From an uncultured Chloroflexia bacterium (GTDB lineage: Bacteria; Chloroflexota; Anaerolineae; CG2-30-64-16): a DNA stretch of 64,000 bases. The notes beneath the pieces are model-generated. The model searched no databases, was not told the DNA's origin, and was given only the letters and a program-made list of their open reading frames with translations. Of the stretch, positions 10,710 through 21,634 are shown piece after piece. Within the stretch, counting starts at the first letter, position 1. Every line of letters begins with the position of its first letter. The stretch spans positions 992,001-1,056,000 of the forward strand of contig CAVZDU010000001.1 of the NCBI GenBank assembly GCA_963774265.1. The letters are read 5' to 3'. The translations under genes were made by a program, and so were the position numbers.

Positions 10710-12332
10710 TCACCGGACGAGGGCATAGTCGAACTCGCCCACCCGGTTTGAGTTTGCAGAGACATCATCATCGTAGCGGCCGCGCACGACCCAGAAGTAG
10801 TTGATGGCGGTGTCGCCGAAGATCTTCACGGTGGGCAGTTGTAGGTCACCCGGATCGGTGTAGTGGCGATCCACACCGTCGTCCGTGTAGGGCACTTCGC
10901 CCGATCCGTAGGGCTCGCCCCAGACATCGGCAACCTGGTTGCCCTCGCCCGCGGCAGGGTCGAAATACGGGTCGGACGCGCGCCACACTTCGTAGTAGGG
11001 GTTCTCCTGCCTGCCCGGCCAGGTCAGCGTGACATATGCGGCGTCGGGCGCGGGCTCGACGGCAACATCAGGCGCCACGGGTGTGAATACCGGTGCGCCC
11101 GTCACCGTCCAGGTGAACGACCCCGACGTGCTGTTGCCCGCATAGTCGTACACCGTGACATTGACGGCATGAGATCCGTTCGCCGCAGGGAAGGCCCGCT
11201 GCCCCGCCGTCGTGAAGCCGAGATCGATGTAGAACTCCCGGCAGCTGTAGTTGCCGCAGGTCGGCGGCGCAACATAGTAGTCGTTCACATACGCCGTGTC
11301 CGACGCACCCCCGGGCAGGTTGGCAAACTCCCACGCGGTGGTCACCGGGCCGCCGAAGATCGAAAAGTCCACCTGGTACGGCGGCAGGTAGTACACGTCG
11401 TCCAGCACCAGGTCCTTCGCCCGCACGTACAGCCCGTATACGCCCGTGATCGTGGTCACCGTCTGCACCGTGTTGTTCTTCAGCAGCCCGATCGTCTGCA
11501 GCAGCGGCGCAGCGGTGTCGTTCAGCGGCGTGTGGAACTCGAAGGGATTGACGTACGCGCTGCCCGCGGCCAGGATGTTCAGGTGGATGTGGTTGAAGCG
11601 CTTACCGAACGACGTCACCGTCCAGTACACGATGTCGCCGATGTACGTGTTGGGTGAGATAAAACCACCGTTCACCGGGTCAGCCTGGTACTCCGCGAAC
11701 TTGTCCTTGATCGCCTGCGGAATCGTGTTCTTGTCGATGTGGTGGTACTGCCAGATGTAGCCCTCCGGATCCAGCACTGCCACCTCCCAGTACAGGTCGT
11801 TCCCCGGCTGGTAGTTCTCCACGTTGACCACCTGGCCGCCCGAACGGTTGAAGACGTCGGTGCCGTTGGGCGCCATGATGTCGATCCCGTGATGGAAGTA
11901 CGCCGCGCTCGTCCCGCTGCTGTAGTTCTGGTACGACTGGATCGCATGCCCCAGCGTGAAGGAGACGTTGAACGGCCAGGCATACGCCGCATGCGTCGCC
12001 TGCACACCTTCCAGGGCCTGCAGCGTTTCCTGGGCCTTCCAGTCCGGCACGGCCAGCGGATTGCCCGTGGCCAGGTGAGCGTAGCTCGCCACGTACCGAT
12101 GCTCGACGTCCTCCAACACTCGCGCTTCCTCCGGACTGGCATCAGGCGGTAGTGGTGGGATGCCCGGTTCAGTCGGGGCAGGAGAGGCCATCGCGCCGGC
12201 TGTTGCCAGCGTGAGCAGGATGATGCATACGAGCGAGAGCCACGGCATGGTACGGCGTGACAGCCCCCGGGCATTGATTTTTATGAAGCGAGAATTGCGG
12301 TCCATCTGCTCCCTCCTGTCAGGATCTTTCAT
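10710..12332 (-). CDS. Secreted M23-like peptidase-domain protein with FN3-like C-terminal domain ending SNRVGEFDYALVR
   Basis: Signal peptide; same HHGID/HIH module as the 5381-10018 protein; LTW...YEVWR...YFWVVR domain. Confidence 0.85.
   Translation of the reverse strand: MKDPDRREQMDRNSRFIKINARGLSRRTMPWLSLVCIILLTLATAGAMASPAPTEPGIPPLPPDASPEEARVLEDVEHRYVASYAHLATGNPLAVPDWKAQETLQALEGVQATHAAYAWPFNVSFTLGHAIQSYQNYSSGTSAAYFHHGIDIMAPNGTDVFNRSGGQVVNVENYQPGNDLYWEVAVLDPEGYIWQYHHIDKNTIPQAIKDKFAEYQADPVNGGFISPNTYIGDIVYWTVTSFGKRFNHIHLNILAAGSAYVNPFEFHTPLNDTAAPLLQTIGLLKNNTVQTVTTITGVYGLYVRAKDLVLDDVYYLPPYQVDFSIFGGPVTTAWEFANLPGGASDTAYVNDYYVAPPTCGNYSCREFYIDLGFTTAGQRAFPAANGSHAVNVTVYDYAGNSTSGSFTWTVTGAPVFTPVAPDVAVEPAPDAAYVTLTWPGRQENPYYEVWRASDPYFDPAAGEGNQVADVWGEPYGSGEVPYTDDGVDRHYTDPGDLQLPTVKIFGDTAINYFWVVRGRYDDDVSANSNRVGEFDYALVR
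11097..12148. repeat. ~1-kb direct repeat copy B (M23-like module)
   Basis: Near-identical to 8891-9889 apart from a short insertion (NPLAVPDWKAQETLQALEG). Confidence 0.9.
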
Positions 12333-12515
12333 GCAAGAAACGCATACCGGCCCAAGCGCCTACGGGGATGACAATCGCGAGCAGTACTCGGCGACATCCT
12401 GGGCGCGGCCGTGCCGGGCGCCCACCAAGTGCCGGGCACGGTGAATTGATCAGTGCGAGTCCCTTTCAAGCCAGGGTAGTCCGCACGCGGCGGGTGACCG
12501 TGAGCCTGCGGCAGT

Positions 12516-15500
12516 TTAGCCCTCATCCCCCGGGACCAGCGCGAAGTCGAAATCCCCGGTCCGATTCGACGGCGCGGTTTGCACCGCACCGCACGCGGAG
12601 GCCGGCAACACGAGGTAGCTGTTGTTGACCGCCGTATTGCCCAGTCCGCCCGCGTGTGCAAAAGTCGTGTCTGATTTCCAGGTGCAGCCGTTGGCCTCCG
12701 TGCATGCGGCGCCGGGTGCAAAGTAGGGATCGTCTGCATTTCGCCATACCTGGTAGTTGAACGCGCCTGGAACCGCGCTCCAATCCAGCTGCACCTGCGG
12801 GCCGTAAACCAGGGCGATCCACACATGGCTGACCGCCGGCGGGGTGGCACACTCGGTGGGCATCCGCGTCGCCGGGTCGCCGAAGAGGAGGAAGGTGTCC
12901 AGCAGATCGAGGCTCGACCCGGTCGCAAAAAGGTCGAGCTTGCCGGCGGCGGTGCCTGCACCCACCGTACCCAGGTTGTCCTTGAAAATCGCGTCGAAAA
13001 AGCCGCGGTCCAGGTAATCGTGGCCCGAGGCAACCCCCAGGCCGGTCGGCGACCAGCTCGCCACTGCGCCGCGGCCGCTCGGCCCGGGTGATCACCTCGG
13101 CCAGGGCCTCTTGCCCATCGGCGATGGGATCCGGATAGTGGTAGTAGCCCTCCCTGCAGTCCATCCCCAGCACCACGGGCAGCCTGCCGTCGTTCTGGAG
13201 CAGCGGCACGTCGGTGGTCGCTGAGCAGTCCTTCCGAGGCCCAGCCGAGGCGTAGCCGTGGCCGATGTAGTTGACGATCAGTGCGCCGGCGTTGATGCCG
13301 GCCTGGATGGCCGTCCTGGCCTCGGCCGTGGTCGTGTGGGTGACGCCGTAGTACACCTTTTGGGCCTGGTACGGCGCGGGCAGGTGGCTCGCCAGCAGGT
13401 CATCCGACATCAGGGCAAAGTCGCCTCCGCTGTCGACGTTGTCGGCCACCGCCAGCACCTGCTGCTGCCAGTCGGCGGTCGGGCTGGCCTCGTAGGCGAT
13501 GATCTTGTCCACGAAGGCGCCGGCTTCGGCGGCGCTGTTGACCGCCAGGCGGCCGAGCATCAGGTCGGGGAGGGTGTCTGCGCCGGCCACCGTCACGTAG
13601 CGGTTGTCGGCGGCGGTCTCGCCCATCCAGGGATCGACCGGGCGCCAGGTAGGGCGGGATGTAGCTGGTGCGGCCGTAGCCGAGGTAGTTCTTGGGATCG
13701 TAGTGGCCGTCCCCCAGCAACACGACGTAGGAGGGCGCGGGCGCCTGCCAACTGGCGTAGGCGTAGGCCAGGAAGTCGCGGATCGCGATAGGACTCACGA
13801 GTCCGTACCCAAACTCATCGTAGACGTCCTGCACATCGACCGCCATCGCGCGCAGGCCTTGCGCCGCCCGGTGGTCGCGCAGCGCCGCAGCCTGGGTCAG
13901 GAAGTCCTCGTGGGTGATGATGATATGATCCGCTGCGTTGGCTGTTGCCCGCAGGTTTGACGCCGTATCTGCTTCGATGTCGGTCTCCGCCTCCACCGTG
14001 TGATAGGCTGTATCTGTGCCGGTGTCTTGGAGAACCCAGTAGTCGATTGACTTGCCTTGCGCGACCGCGTCCTGGAACTGTGCTGCGTATCCCGATCCGG
14101 ACGTGACTACGGCGACGCCTGTGATCCGCTTGACCGCGGCCGGGTCGGTCACGTCGTAGACGGCATAGTCGCTCGCCTTGCTGCCGGTGAACCCCGCCAC
14201 CTGATACTTCCACGTGCCGGCAGTGACGTAACTGAACGCCAGCTCGCCGCCTTCCGCGGTGAAGGTGTTGGCAAATTCGAGCTGCGCCCAGTCGATGTAG
14301 AGGATGTCGTACGCGTACCCGGTGTCCGCGACCGCTGTGACCACGAGGGTGTTGGTCCCCGCGACCAACACGCCCGCGGGGACCGCCATCTCCAGGACCT
14401 GCCACGCGACCCCGTCCCACGTCACGTCGCCCACCTGCGTGCCGTTCAGGGTGATCCTGGCGTGATGGTCGGGGTTGACCGCGTTTTGCAGATAGCCCAG
14501 CATGGCCAGGGTCAGCGTCGCCGGCCCTGCGTCCGGCGCAGCCAGCGTGAAGGTGTGGGTCCAGCTGGGCCGGCTCGGCCGGTAGATGTAGTCCCACAGC
14601 CAGCGCTCCAGGTCTTCGTCGCCGGGCGCGAAGGAGAGGTAGTACGCGTTGACCTCCATATGGCGCTCCGCGGTGTGGGTGCCAGGCATCTCTGCTGCGC
14701 CGGGCGCCCCGTCGCGCGCCGCCATGCGCAGGCCGGCCGCTGCCGCCGAGGGGTCGTAGGTCAGCCAGTAGACGTTGCCGGCCGTGTACTTGCTGTCGAC
14801 CGCCTGCCCGTAGAAGACCAGGGCTTCGCCTGATTCGAAGTAGCTGTCGCCATCCCCTTCCTCGTGGATCGCGACCTCGCTGCCCAGGTTGTAGAGCTTG
14901 AACGTGCTGGGGACCAGGGTGTCCACCGGCAGGCCGGCCTTCTGCAATTCGGTGTAGGTGAGCTTGTAGAAGCCGTCCGCCTGCACCTTCACCCGCCAGC
15001 CGGGCGCGGGCGGCGTCCAGGGGGTGGCGTCGATCCCGGCTGCCACAGCCTCGACAGAGGGTGGCGCAGAGGCCCGCCAGCTGCGGCCGGCTTCGTAGTT
15101 CAGCAGCTTCCCGCGCAGGAATTCCTCATACGCGGCGGAGTCTCGTGCCGGCGCTTGGCGAAGGGTCTCTGCGGAGGTCGCGCCTTCGAACCCAATCTCG
15201 ACCCGCAGCGATTCATAGATTGTGAGTGCCTGGGCCGCCGGATCGTACTGCACCGGGTAGGCCGCGATGCCCAGCCACGCGCTGCTGGCGCATCACCCCG
15301 TCGCTTGCCAACTCGGCCAGACGCGTCGGGATAGGCTGCCTGCGCCCGCGTAGATCGCCGGATCCTCTTCGATCACCATGGTTGGCTCAGGCAGGGCCGG
15401 CGCGGCGTTCCCTGCCGGCGGCTCCCATTCGACCACTTGGGTTGGCGCGGGGAGGGGTGGGGCAGGCAGGCGTCACTGTGTGGGCCTTGCCCGGCGTCAC

Positions 15501-15857
15501 GCGCACGGTGACGTCGACGCCGGGGGGCGCGGCGATCGTCTCGGTCCAGAAGGGCAGGCGGGTGCGCCGGCCTGGCGAGGAGTGTCCAGCCGGGCAGCGA
15601 GACCTGCACGTACGGTCTGGCCGCCGGCGGTGGTCGGCTCCAGCGGCGAGCTCGCTCCCAGGGCACGGCCACCTCGAAAGCGACCCCTGAGGCGTGGAGG
15701 ACAGCACACGTACGGGTTGGAGCTTGGAGGTTGAAGGTTCAAGGTTGGTGGTCGGTGGGATCAGAGAACAGGGCTGTGTTCGCACCGGCCCCGGTGCAAG
15801 CATCCCGCTCAGCAGGACCAGCAGCAAAGCAATGGTCAGATTCTTGCCTCGTAACAT
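12516..15857 (-). CDS. C25 family (gingipain/PorU-like) cysteine peptidase, several frameshifts
   Basis: Signal MLRGKNLTIALL; GFYKLTY, VDVQDVYDEF, YVVLLGDG, LMLGRL, VNYIGHG (catalytic His), GMDC (catalytic Cys), LLFGDPA; ends SNRTGDFDFALVPGDEG. Confidence 0.85.
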
Positions 15858-15915
15858 CTCAATTCTCCACAGGTCGATAACATCTCCCGATCGCACGCAC
15901 CGCTCATAAGCACAC

Positions 15916-15961
15916 GTGCCGGGCACTCGGCGATCCTTCGGATCGTCGGAGTGCCCGGCAC
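15916..15961. repeat. GTGCCGGGCAC-type hairpin repeat (related copy at 12409-12441)
   Basis: GTGCCGGGCACTC...GAGTGCCCGGCAC inverted repeat between the kinase-like and C25 genes. Confidence 0.6.
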
Positions 15962-15982
15962 TTGCAGATATTCCAGGTCTCT

Positions 15983-16910
15983 TCACGCCTCCCGGATCAG
16001 CGCCATCGGGTCGTCTCCCAGCCGGTAGCTGAGCGTGTAGAACGGCACGCGCTCGGCCAGGAGCGCCAGGCGGTCCAGGATGGCGGACACCGCGGCCGGC
16101 CGGTAGTAGGGGATGAACGCGGTCTGCAGCAGGCGGGTGACCCCGTCGAAGGGCGCTACCGCCGCAAGGGGCTGTGCGGCGTCTCTATCCAGGAAGAACA
16201 ACTTTTCCAGCGGCACGCCCAGCGGCGCGCACAGGTCCGGATTAACATGCCAGGGCGTGCCGAAGATCCAGAAGCGTCCATCGAGGTAGCGCAGGATGAC
16301 CTGGTCCTCCCCCAAGACCGTGGCCGAGGGATTCGACGCGAGGGACGCGGTCAGCGTCGACTTGCCGGCCCCTGAGGAGCCCGTGAAGCAGTATCCCTTG
16401 CCATCGACCGCCACGCCTGCGGCATGGAGGATGGCGTCGCCGCAGCCCGCCAGCCAGTTGGCAAAGAGCCTGATGCCTAGGCCCTGGAGAGGATAGGCGC
16501 CCTCCCCATTGCTCGTGGAGAATTCGCCGCACACCTCTCCGTCAACAAAGCCGGGGTCGACGATGGCCAGCCGGGGCGGCGATTGACGCGGGGCGACGAA
16601 GACGTAGCGTCCGGCCTCGTCCAGCCACAGCTCCCATGTCTCCGTCACACAGAGGGGGATGCGTGTTGCCGCAGCCTCGGGCAGCGGCCCGTCCCGGACG
16701 CGGAGGAACCAGGTCACCGGAGATCTCCGGCGACTCGTGCCAACCACAGTTTGGCTTGTCCTCGGAGGTCTCTGGTTGAAGGAACCTGGCGTGGCTCGCG
16801 GGCGCCACCAGGTGCAAACCGGACCCTTGCGCATCCAGCCAGAGTCGAAGGTTAGCCACGCGCACGCCCATCCGAGTCCGCGCGGCACGCTCCCAACCAC
16901 TTCCCCACAC
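15983..16910 (-). CDS. HPr-kinase-related P-loop protein (ScmC / RiPP-kinase-like), frameshift near 16705
   Basis: LHAAGV, GSSGAGKST Walker A, LGEDQVILR and FGTPWH; N-terminus lies in ORF 16542-16910 (MGVRVANLRLWL). Confidence 0.78.
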
Positions 16911-16913
16911 TCA

Positions 16914-17071
16914 TCACACGGGGGGCGCATAGCAGCCCTGCTCCAAACTGCACCCAAGAACCCCCTCGGGGTCCAGATTGGGGCTGCTGTGGCACACCGC
17001 CAGGACCGAGTTCCTGGATCTACCAGGCGTACCTTTTTCAACTTGGGCGCTTCGTATCGTTTCTTGTTCAT
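16914..17071 (-). CDS. Putative RiPP precursor peptide (~52 aa), split by an indel near 17015
   Basis: GGAG RBS; leader MNKKRYEAPKLKKVRL (YxxPxL), then in the next frame RNSVLAVCHSSPNLDPEGVLGCSLEQGCYAPPV*. Confidence 0.72.
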
Positions 17072-17079
17072 GAAGCTCC

Positions 17080-18182
17080 TCATCTCCATATGCCTGCAAG
17101 AACGGGGCGCTGGAACTCAGCAGCTCGCAGTCGCCCCAGCTCGCATACATAAGTCCACCGGCGTCTCGTCGTCGCCGTGGACGGCCTGCGACCAGCCGGG
17201 ACACTGGGTGCAAAGACCCCCGGCCGTGCAGGTGCGGCACGCGGTGTCCAGGCGCCGCTGCTGCTGCCGCAGAGTGCCCAGCGCCTCCCACGCTTCCTCG
17301 AAGCGCATCTGCCGCAGGTCGTAGCTGGGACGGCGGGACATGGTGCAGATGCTCATCCTGCCCGCGCTGTCGACATGAAAGGTTTGGAGCCCGGCGCCGC
17401 AGCTGTAGACATATTCTGCGCGCACCAGCTGGCCGCCGAACAACGCGGCCGTCTCCTCCCACTGCCGCCGCCGCTCCGGGTCCTCGCGGTCGAGCGCAAG
17501 CATCTCCTCCAGCGAGAGCCGGTGGTCGTAGGGCTGCTCCCCCCCGTCCAGGCGGGGCCACAGCGTGCCGTCGTAGCGAAACTTGACGCCGACCTCCTCG
17601 GCCAACGTCTGCATTTCCGCCAGCTCGTGGCGGTTGGTCGTCAGCAGGACGGATTTCAGGGTCAGCGGGAGGCCCCGCTCCAGGAGGAGCTCGATGCCCC
17701 GCCGGCAGCGGGCGTACGATCCCGGGACCTGCGTCACCGCTTCGTAGGTCTGCTGCGTGGCGCCGTACAGCGTGATTTCGATCGACTGCGGCCTCGAGTA
17801 GGCCAGCAGGTCCGCGATGGCCGGGGTCAGCAGCGTCGCGTTGGTGAAGAGCGAGACGAGCATCCCCCGCCCCCTGGCATGGCGGTAGATCTCCGCGAAA
17901 TCGGGCCGGAGCAGCACCTCGCCCCCGGTCAGGAGCAGGAACAGGCAGCCCGCGTCCGCCATCTGGTCCAGGAGCCCTCTCGCCTGCGCGGTCGTCAGTT
18001 CCTGGGAGCGCAGCCGCCCGGCTGCCCGCGGGCTGGTTGATGTAGCAGTGGACGCACGCCAGGTTGCAGCGCTCGGTGAGCTCGAGCGTGCCGCCGAGAG
18101 GATAGCGCCGCCCTTCCAGCGGCGCCAGCAGCTCATCGCCCCACTCGCCGAGGTCCAGCTCCGGGCATGAAGTAGAATCCAC
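17080..18182 (-). CDS. Radical SAM/SPASM domain peptide maturase, frameshifts near 18020 and 17150
   Basis: ELTERCNLACVHC (CxxxCxxC), LTGGEV, FTNA; SPASM cysteines CGAG...SIC...CRTCTAGGLCTQC...YVC. Confidence 0.88.
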
Positions 18183-18185
18183 GTC

Positions 18186-18478
18186 CTAGACCCTTCGCAC
18201 CGCGCCGACTGCCGTCATCTCGACCAGAAAGCTGTCCAGGTCGGCAGCGAGCGACCTCCGGGTCCGCGTCGTACTCCTCCAGCAGGCCGGACCGGAGCTC
18301 GGCCAGCGTCGCCGGCCGGTCGAGCTTGCTCCCAGATCGAGGCGCCCACGCTGTTCAGCGTGTAGATGCAGTCCATGTCGGCCACATCCTGGTGGATCGG
18401 CACCAGCACCATCTCGTCCACGATCTTGCGGAAGATGAAGTCGGGATTCCGCTCGTACCGCGCCTCTTGTTGCGTCAA
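18186..18478 (-). CDS. PqqD family RiPP recognition element (frameshifted)
   Basis: FRKIVDEMVLVPI...IYTLNSVGASIWEQL...LLEEYDA...DLDSFLVEM. Confidence 0.88.
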
Positions 18479-18488
18479 ACCAGGTCTC

Positions 18489-19008
18489 CTACGCCAGGTG
18501 TCTTGAGAATGCCGGCAGCCTTCTCGTTAATCCCGCAGCCAGCCGGTAGGGGCGGCTGCCGCCGTGACCGCGGCGGAGATGCCCGAGCGCGACCGCAGCG
18601 CCGCGGCCCAGCCCAACACGCGCAGGCCGGCCCGACTCATGTCGATGGGTGCGCCCGCACGCTCGATCGCGGTCACCCGGCCGTAGACCTGCGCTGCAGG
18701 GAGCACGCCATCGGGCAGGGAGACCTGGTCCCCCTGCACCGTGAAGCGGATCCCATCCCGGCCGATCATCCTGCGGATGACCCGGTGGACCAGCGGGCGG
18801 CCGTGCTCGCGGTCACGAGCACGAGGTCGCCCAGCCGGATCGAGCCCGGATCGGCCGGGTGCACCGTCAGGACATCGCCATCGCGCACCAGCGGCGCCAT
18901 GCTGGCGCCGTGTGCCTCGAACGCGCACGGCTGCGCCGGCCTTCAGGACCTCGGCGCTGAGCCGTGCAAAAGGCGAGGTCGACGGGACGAAATGCTGTCC
19001 ACCGTCAC
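18489..19008 (-). CDS. S24/S26 signal-peptidase-like protein (frameshifted, ends approximate)
   Basis: FEAHGASMAPLVRDGDV (catalytic Ser), LGDLV, LVHRV and QGD motifs across frames. Confidence 0.75.
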
Positions 19009-19048
19009 TGCGGGTCCATCCTGTGCGCCCGCCAAGCGAGCGCCCTTC

Positions 19049-21145
19049 TTACTCGGTCGACCCCTGGGCTCCGCGGCCTGAAGCTTTCCGGTCAGGCTTG
19101 CCTCAACCGGTCCCGACAGGGATACCCCACCGTTGATGTCCACGCTCTCCAGCCAGTAGTAGTAGGCCGGCCTCTTATCCCTTCCCACGATGGTATCTGT
19201 GTAGGTGTAGGCCGCGCCACCCAGGACTGCCAATAGCCTGCGCCGGGATCAGCTCGATGTTGATCAAGGTCTCGCTCGCCGTCGGGCGCTGTGGCGCGGT
19301 ACAGGTTGAAGCCCAGGTTGTCGACCTCGCTGGCCGTCTCCCAGGACAGTACTGTGGCCCCGGCTCGCCTGTCTGCATCGGCCGTGAACGAGAGCAGGTC
19401 GACCGCCGTTGGCTGCAGGTGTCCTTGCCGTGTTGTTGGCCGTGTTCGGGTCGGTCGTCGTCGTGGTCACGGTGACGGTGTTGCTGTATCTGCCCCGGAC
19501 CCAACGTCACGTTGATGCGTACGTCCACTTGGCTGTGGCGTAACAGTGACGGGGGCAATGGCGTCAGGAGCTGGCAGCTGAGCATCTGGGTAGCGCTTGC
19601 TGTAGGTGCAGCTGCCCCTGGTTGTCGTGCCGCTGCTGGGACCAGTTGCGAGGTGTAGCTGGTGTAGTGACACGTGGCGGGCAAGGTGTCACGAACGTGA
19701 GCTGTGCCGGAACCCGGTCCCCGTTGACGGTGACGATCCGGTAGTAAGGGGTCCGCGTGACAAAGCCGCGGCACGTCTTGCTCGCCCGTATGTCAGCCGT
19801 CGGCGCAGTGATCTCTGCCCACAGGCAGGCCACGTTGTCCGTGTCTTCCTGGGTGATGAATTCCGTGGCGATCGCGCCAGTATAAGCACTTGAGCAGTCC
19901 GGATCAGCAGTCGTCTGTGGCTGGAAGCCCAGGATGTTGATGGTGTAGTCCCATCGGGGCAGGTGAAGGTCGCCGTGGCGCTGCCCTGGTTGACCGTGAC
20001 CTTGTCGGGGCAGGACGCTGGTGCCCGGATAGACACATGTCCCCGCCTCGTTGGGGTTTCATCCAGAATGAAATTCGGGGTGAAGCTAAGGCTAGCTGGA
20101 GTCGGGGTCGACCCGTCGTTGCAGGTGAGGGGCACGGTTATCGTCAGGTCCACGTTGGTGAAGGCGTTCGCGCTGCCCCCGCCGTCAGCAGTCGCGTAGA
20201 TCTGGTTGTTGTAGTGGGTGAACTTGCCCAGGTAGAAGGGGGTATTCGACGCCGGGGTAACCGGGCCGTCGTTGCCGTCGAAGCCAAAGCCGCTCTGTTC
20301 CGCGAAGTTGGTGAGGTCGCAGCTCAGGCTTTGCCAATTAGACGGGTAGTACGCATCTCGTCCATAGCGCACCTGGTTCTCGTCGTTGGTCGGGCCGGTC
20401 TGCACCCGCTTCGTCTCCCGCCGCTCATGGCGGTGGGCGTATTCCCGTTCCCCGTCGCCCAGCGATTGCACCGGGCGCCCGCCGTCTCGTTCTCGTGGTT
20501 CGGTGCGATGCCACGGTACCGCCGGCCGTGGCTGCTGTCGGCCAAGATTTGATTCTCCGTGAGCCGTTGCACCGCACCTGTAGTGTTGACACAGGACGCA
20601 TACATACGCCGTTGTTGGCCAGGGACGACGGTGGTCAGAGCGACTTCCGTGTAGTTGCTCCAGACCACCGCTCGAACAGAATCGCCATGCGCTGTAGTCG
20701 GACAGGGCCACTGCCGCCCGGTTTTGTTGTAGATCTCGAATGACAGAGGGGTTATTAGTGGACTGTTCGTGACCTGGTCATAGACGGTACTCCGAGATGA
20801 TCAGGCCGGTCGTCGAGGTAGCAGCGTGCCGTGTAGGAGCCCAGACCGGTCCAGACAGGCGAACCAGTAGTCCTGTCCATCGGTGAAGGTGGTGGACCCA
20901 TCGGCATCGCCCCGGCATGCTGCCGCGAAGCGGACCATTGTACGATCGCACGCGGCGGGTAGAGCGCGGCGCTGCGTGACCTGGCGGTGGCCCGCCGATC
21001 ACGCCGAGAGTGCTCGGGCCGGCGGCGACGCTGAAACCGCCCCAACCCCGTCCACATTGCCCATGGTAAACGCGACCACGACGCCGGCCAGCACCAGCAG
21101 CACGACGACCGCCACCACTGTCGACAAATATTTGCGCTTCTTCAT
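19049..21145 (-). CDS. Secreted protein: choice-of-anchor-K/THxN-like domain, DUF11-like domain and C-terminal PTAVxLxSF domain (heavily frameshifted)
   Basis: Signal MKKRKYLSTVVAVVVLL; FYLGKFTHYNN...DETP; TTTDPNTANN; PTAVDLLSFTA...WETASEVDNLGFNLYRA...YYWLESVDING. Confidence 0.65.
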
Positions 21146-21378
21146 CGGTTCTTCCTCCCTTTGCTAACCGTAACGGCGGCGTGCGATCGCCGCGGCCATG
21201 ATTCCACGTGTTGCGATCATCGTCTCGGAGCGGATCGATTCATAGGCAGCCCTCCCTGGTGGGACACCATCCTCATCCGGACGCGGGGCGCTTCGACGGT
21301 GGTGGACACGCAGCCCGCGCGCCGGCCGATAGGCCAAGGGTATCATAACGCATGCGGGTTGCAACGAACATTACCACA
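21119..21378 (-). promoter_or_regulatory. Conserved promoter/5' leader, copy 1
   Basis: Block-wise match to 23093-23352; TGGTAATGT extended -10-like element and GGGAGG RBS. Confidence 0.65.
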
Positions 21379-21634
21379 TGAGCCCCAGCTTTGCAAATGG
21401 AAAGTTGCGGTCACGGGCTTTCACGCGGCGCCCGGAACATCTTCCCGCCAGCCGTCAGGGGGAAGGCAGCATATACATTATGGGGAGAGAAGATCAACGC
21501 AAGTATCAAAAGATGGAGAGGCGCTTAACAGTTTTTTCATAATTGGCCCCGGCTGGCAGCTCCCCAGGGGCTGGCCCCCTCTTCTGCCTGGCAGAGGAAG
21601 GAGCCAGCCCCTCGAAGGGGGCCGTCGCGGCGCG

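Noticed and set aside
8891-12148. Diversity-generating retroelement TR/VR pair
   Set aside because: There is no reverse transcriptase, the repeat is ~1 kb with both copies coding, and the differences do not look adenine-specific.
15983-17089. 368-aa ORF as a real leader-kinase fusion
   Set aside because: The middle reads as off-frame sequence. A Cys-containing core with its own stop and a plausible kinase N-terminus appear in other frames.
21164-21364. Leader peptide ORF in the duplicated upstream region
   Set aside because: The reading frame is not preserved in the second copy, and the differences are largely non-synonymous.
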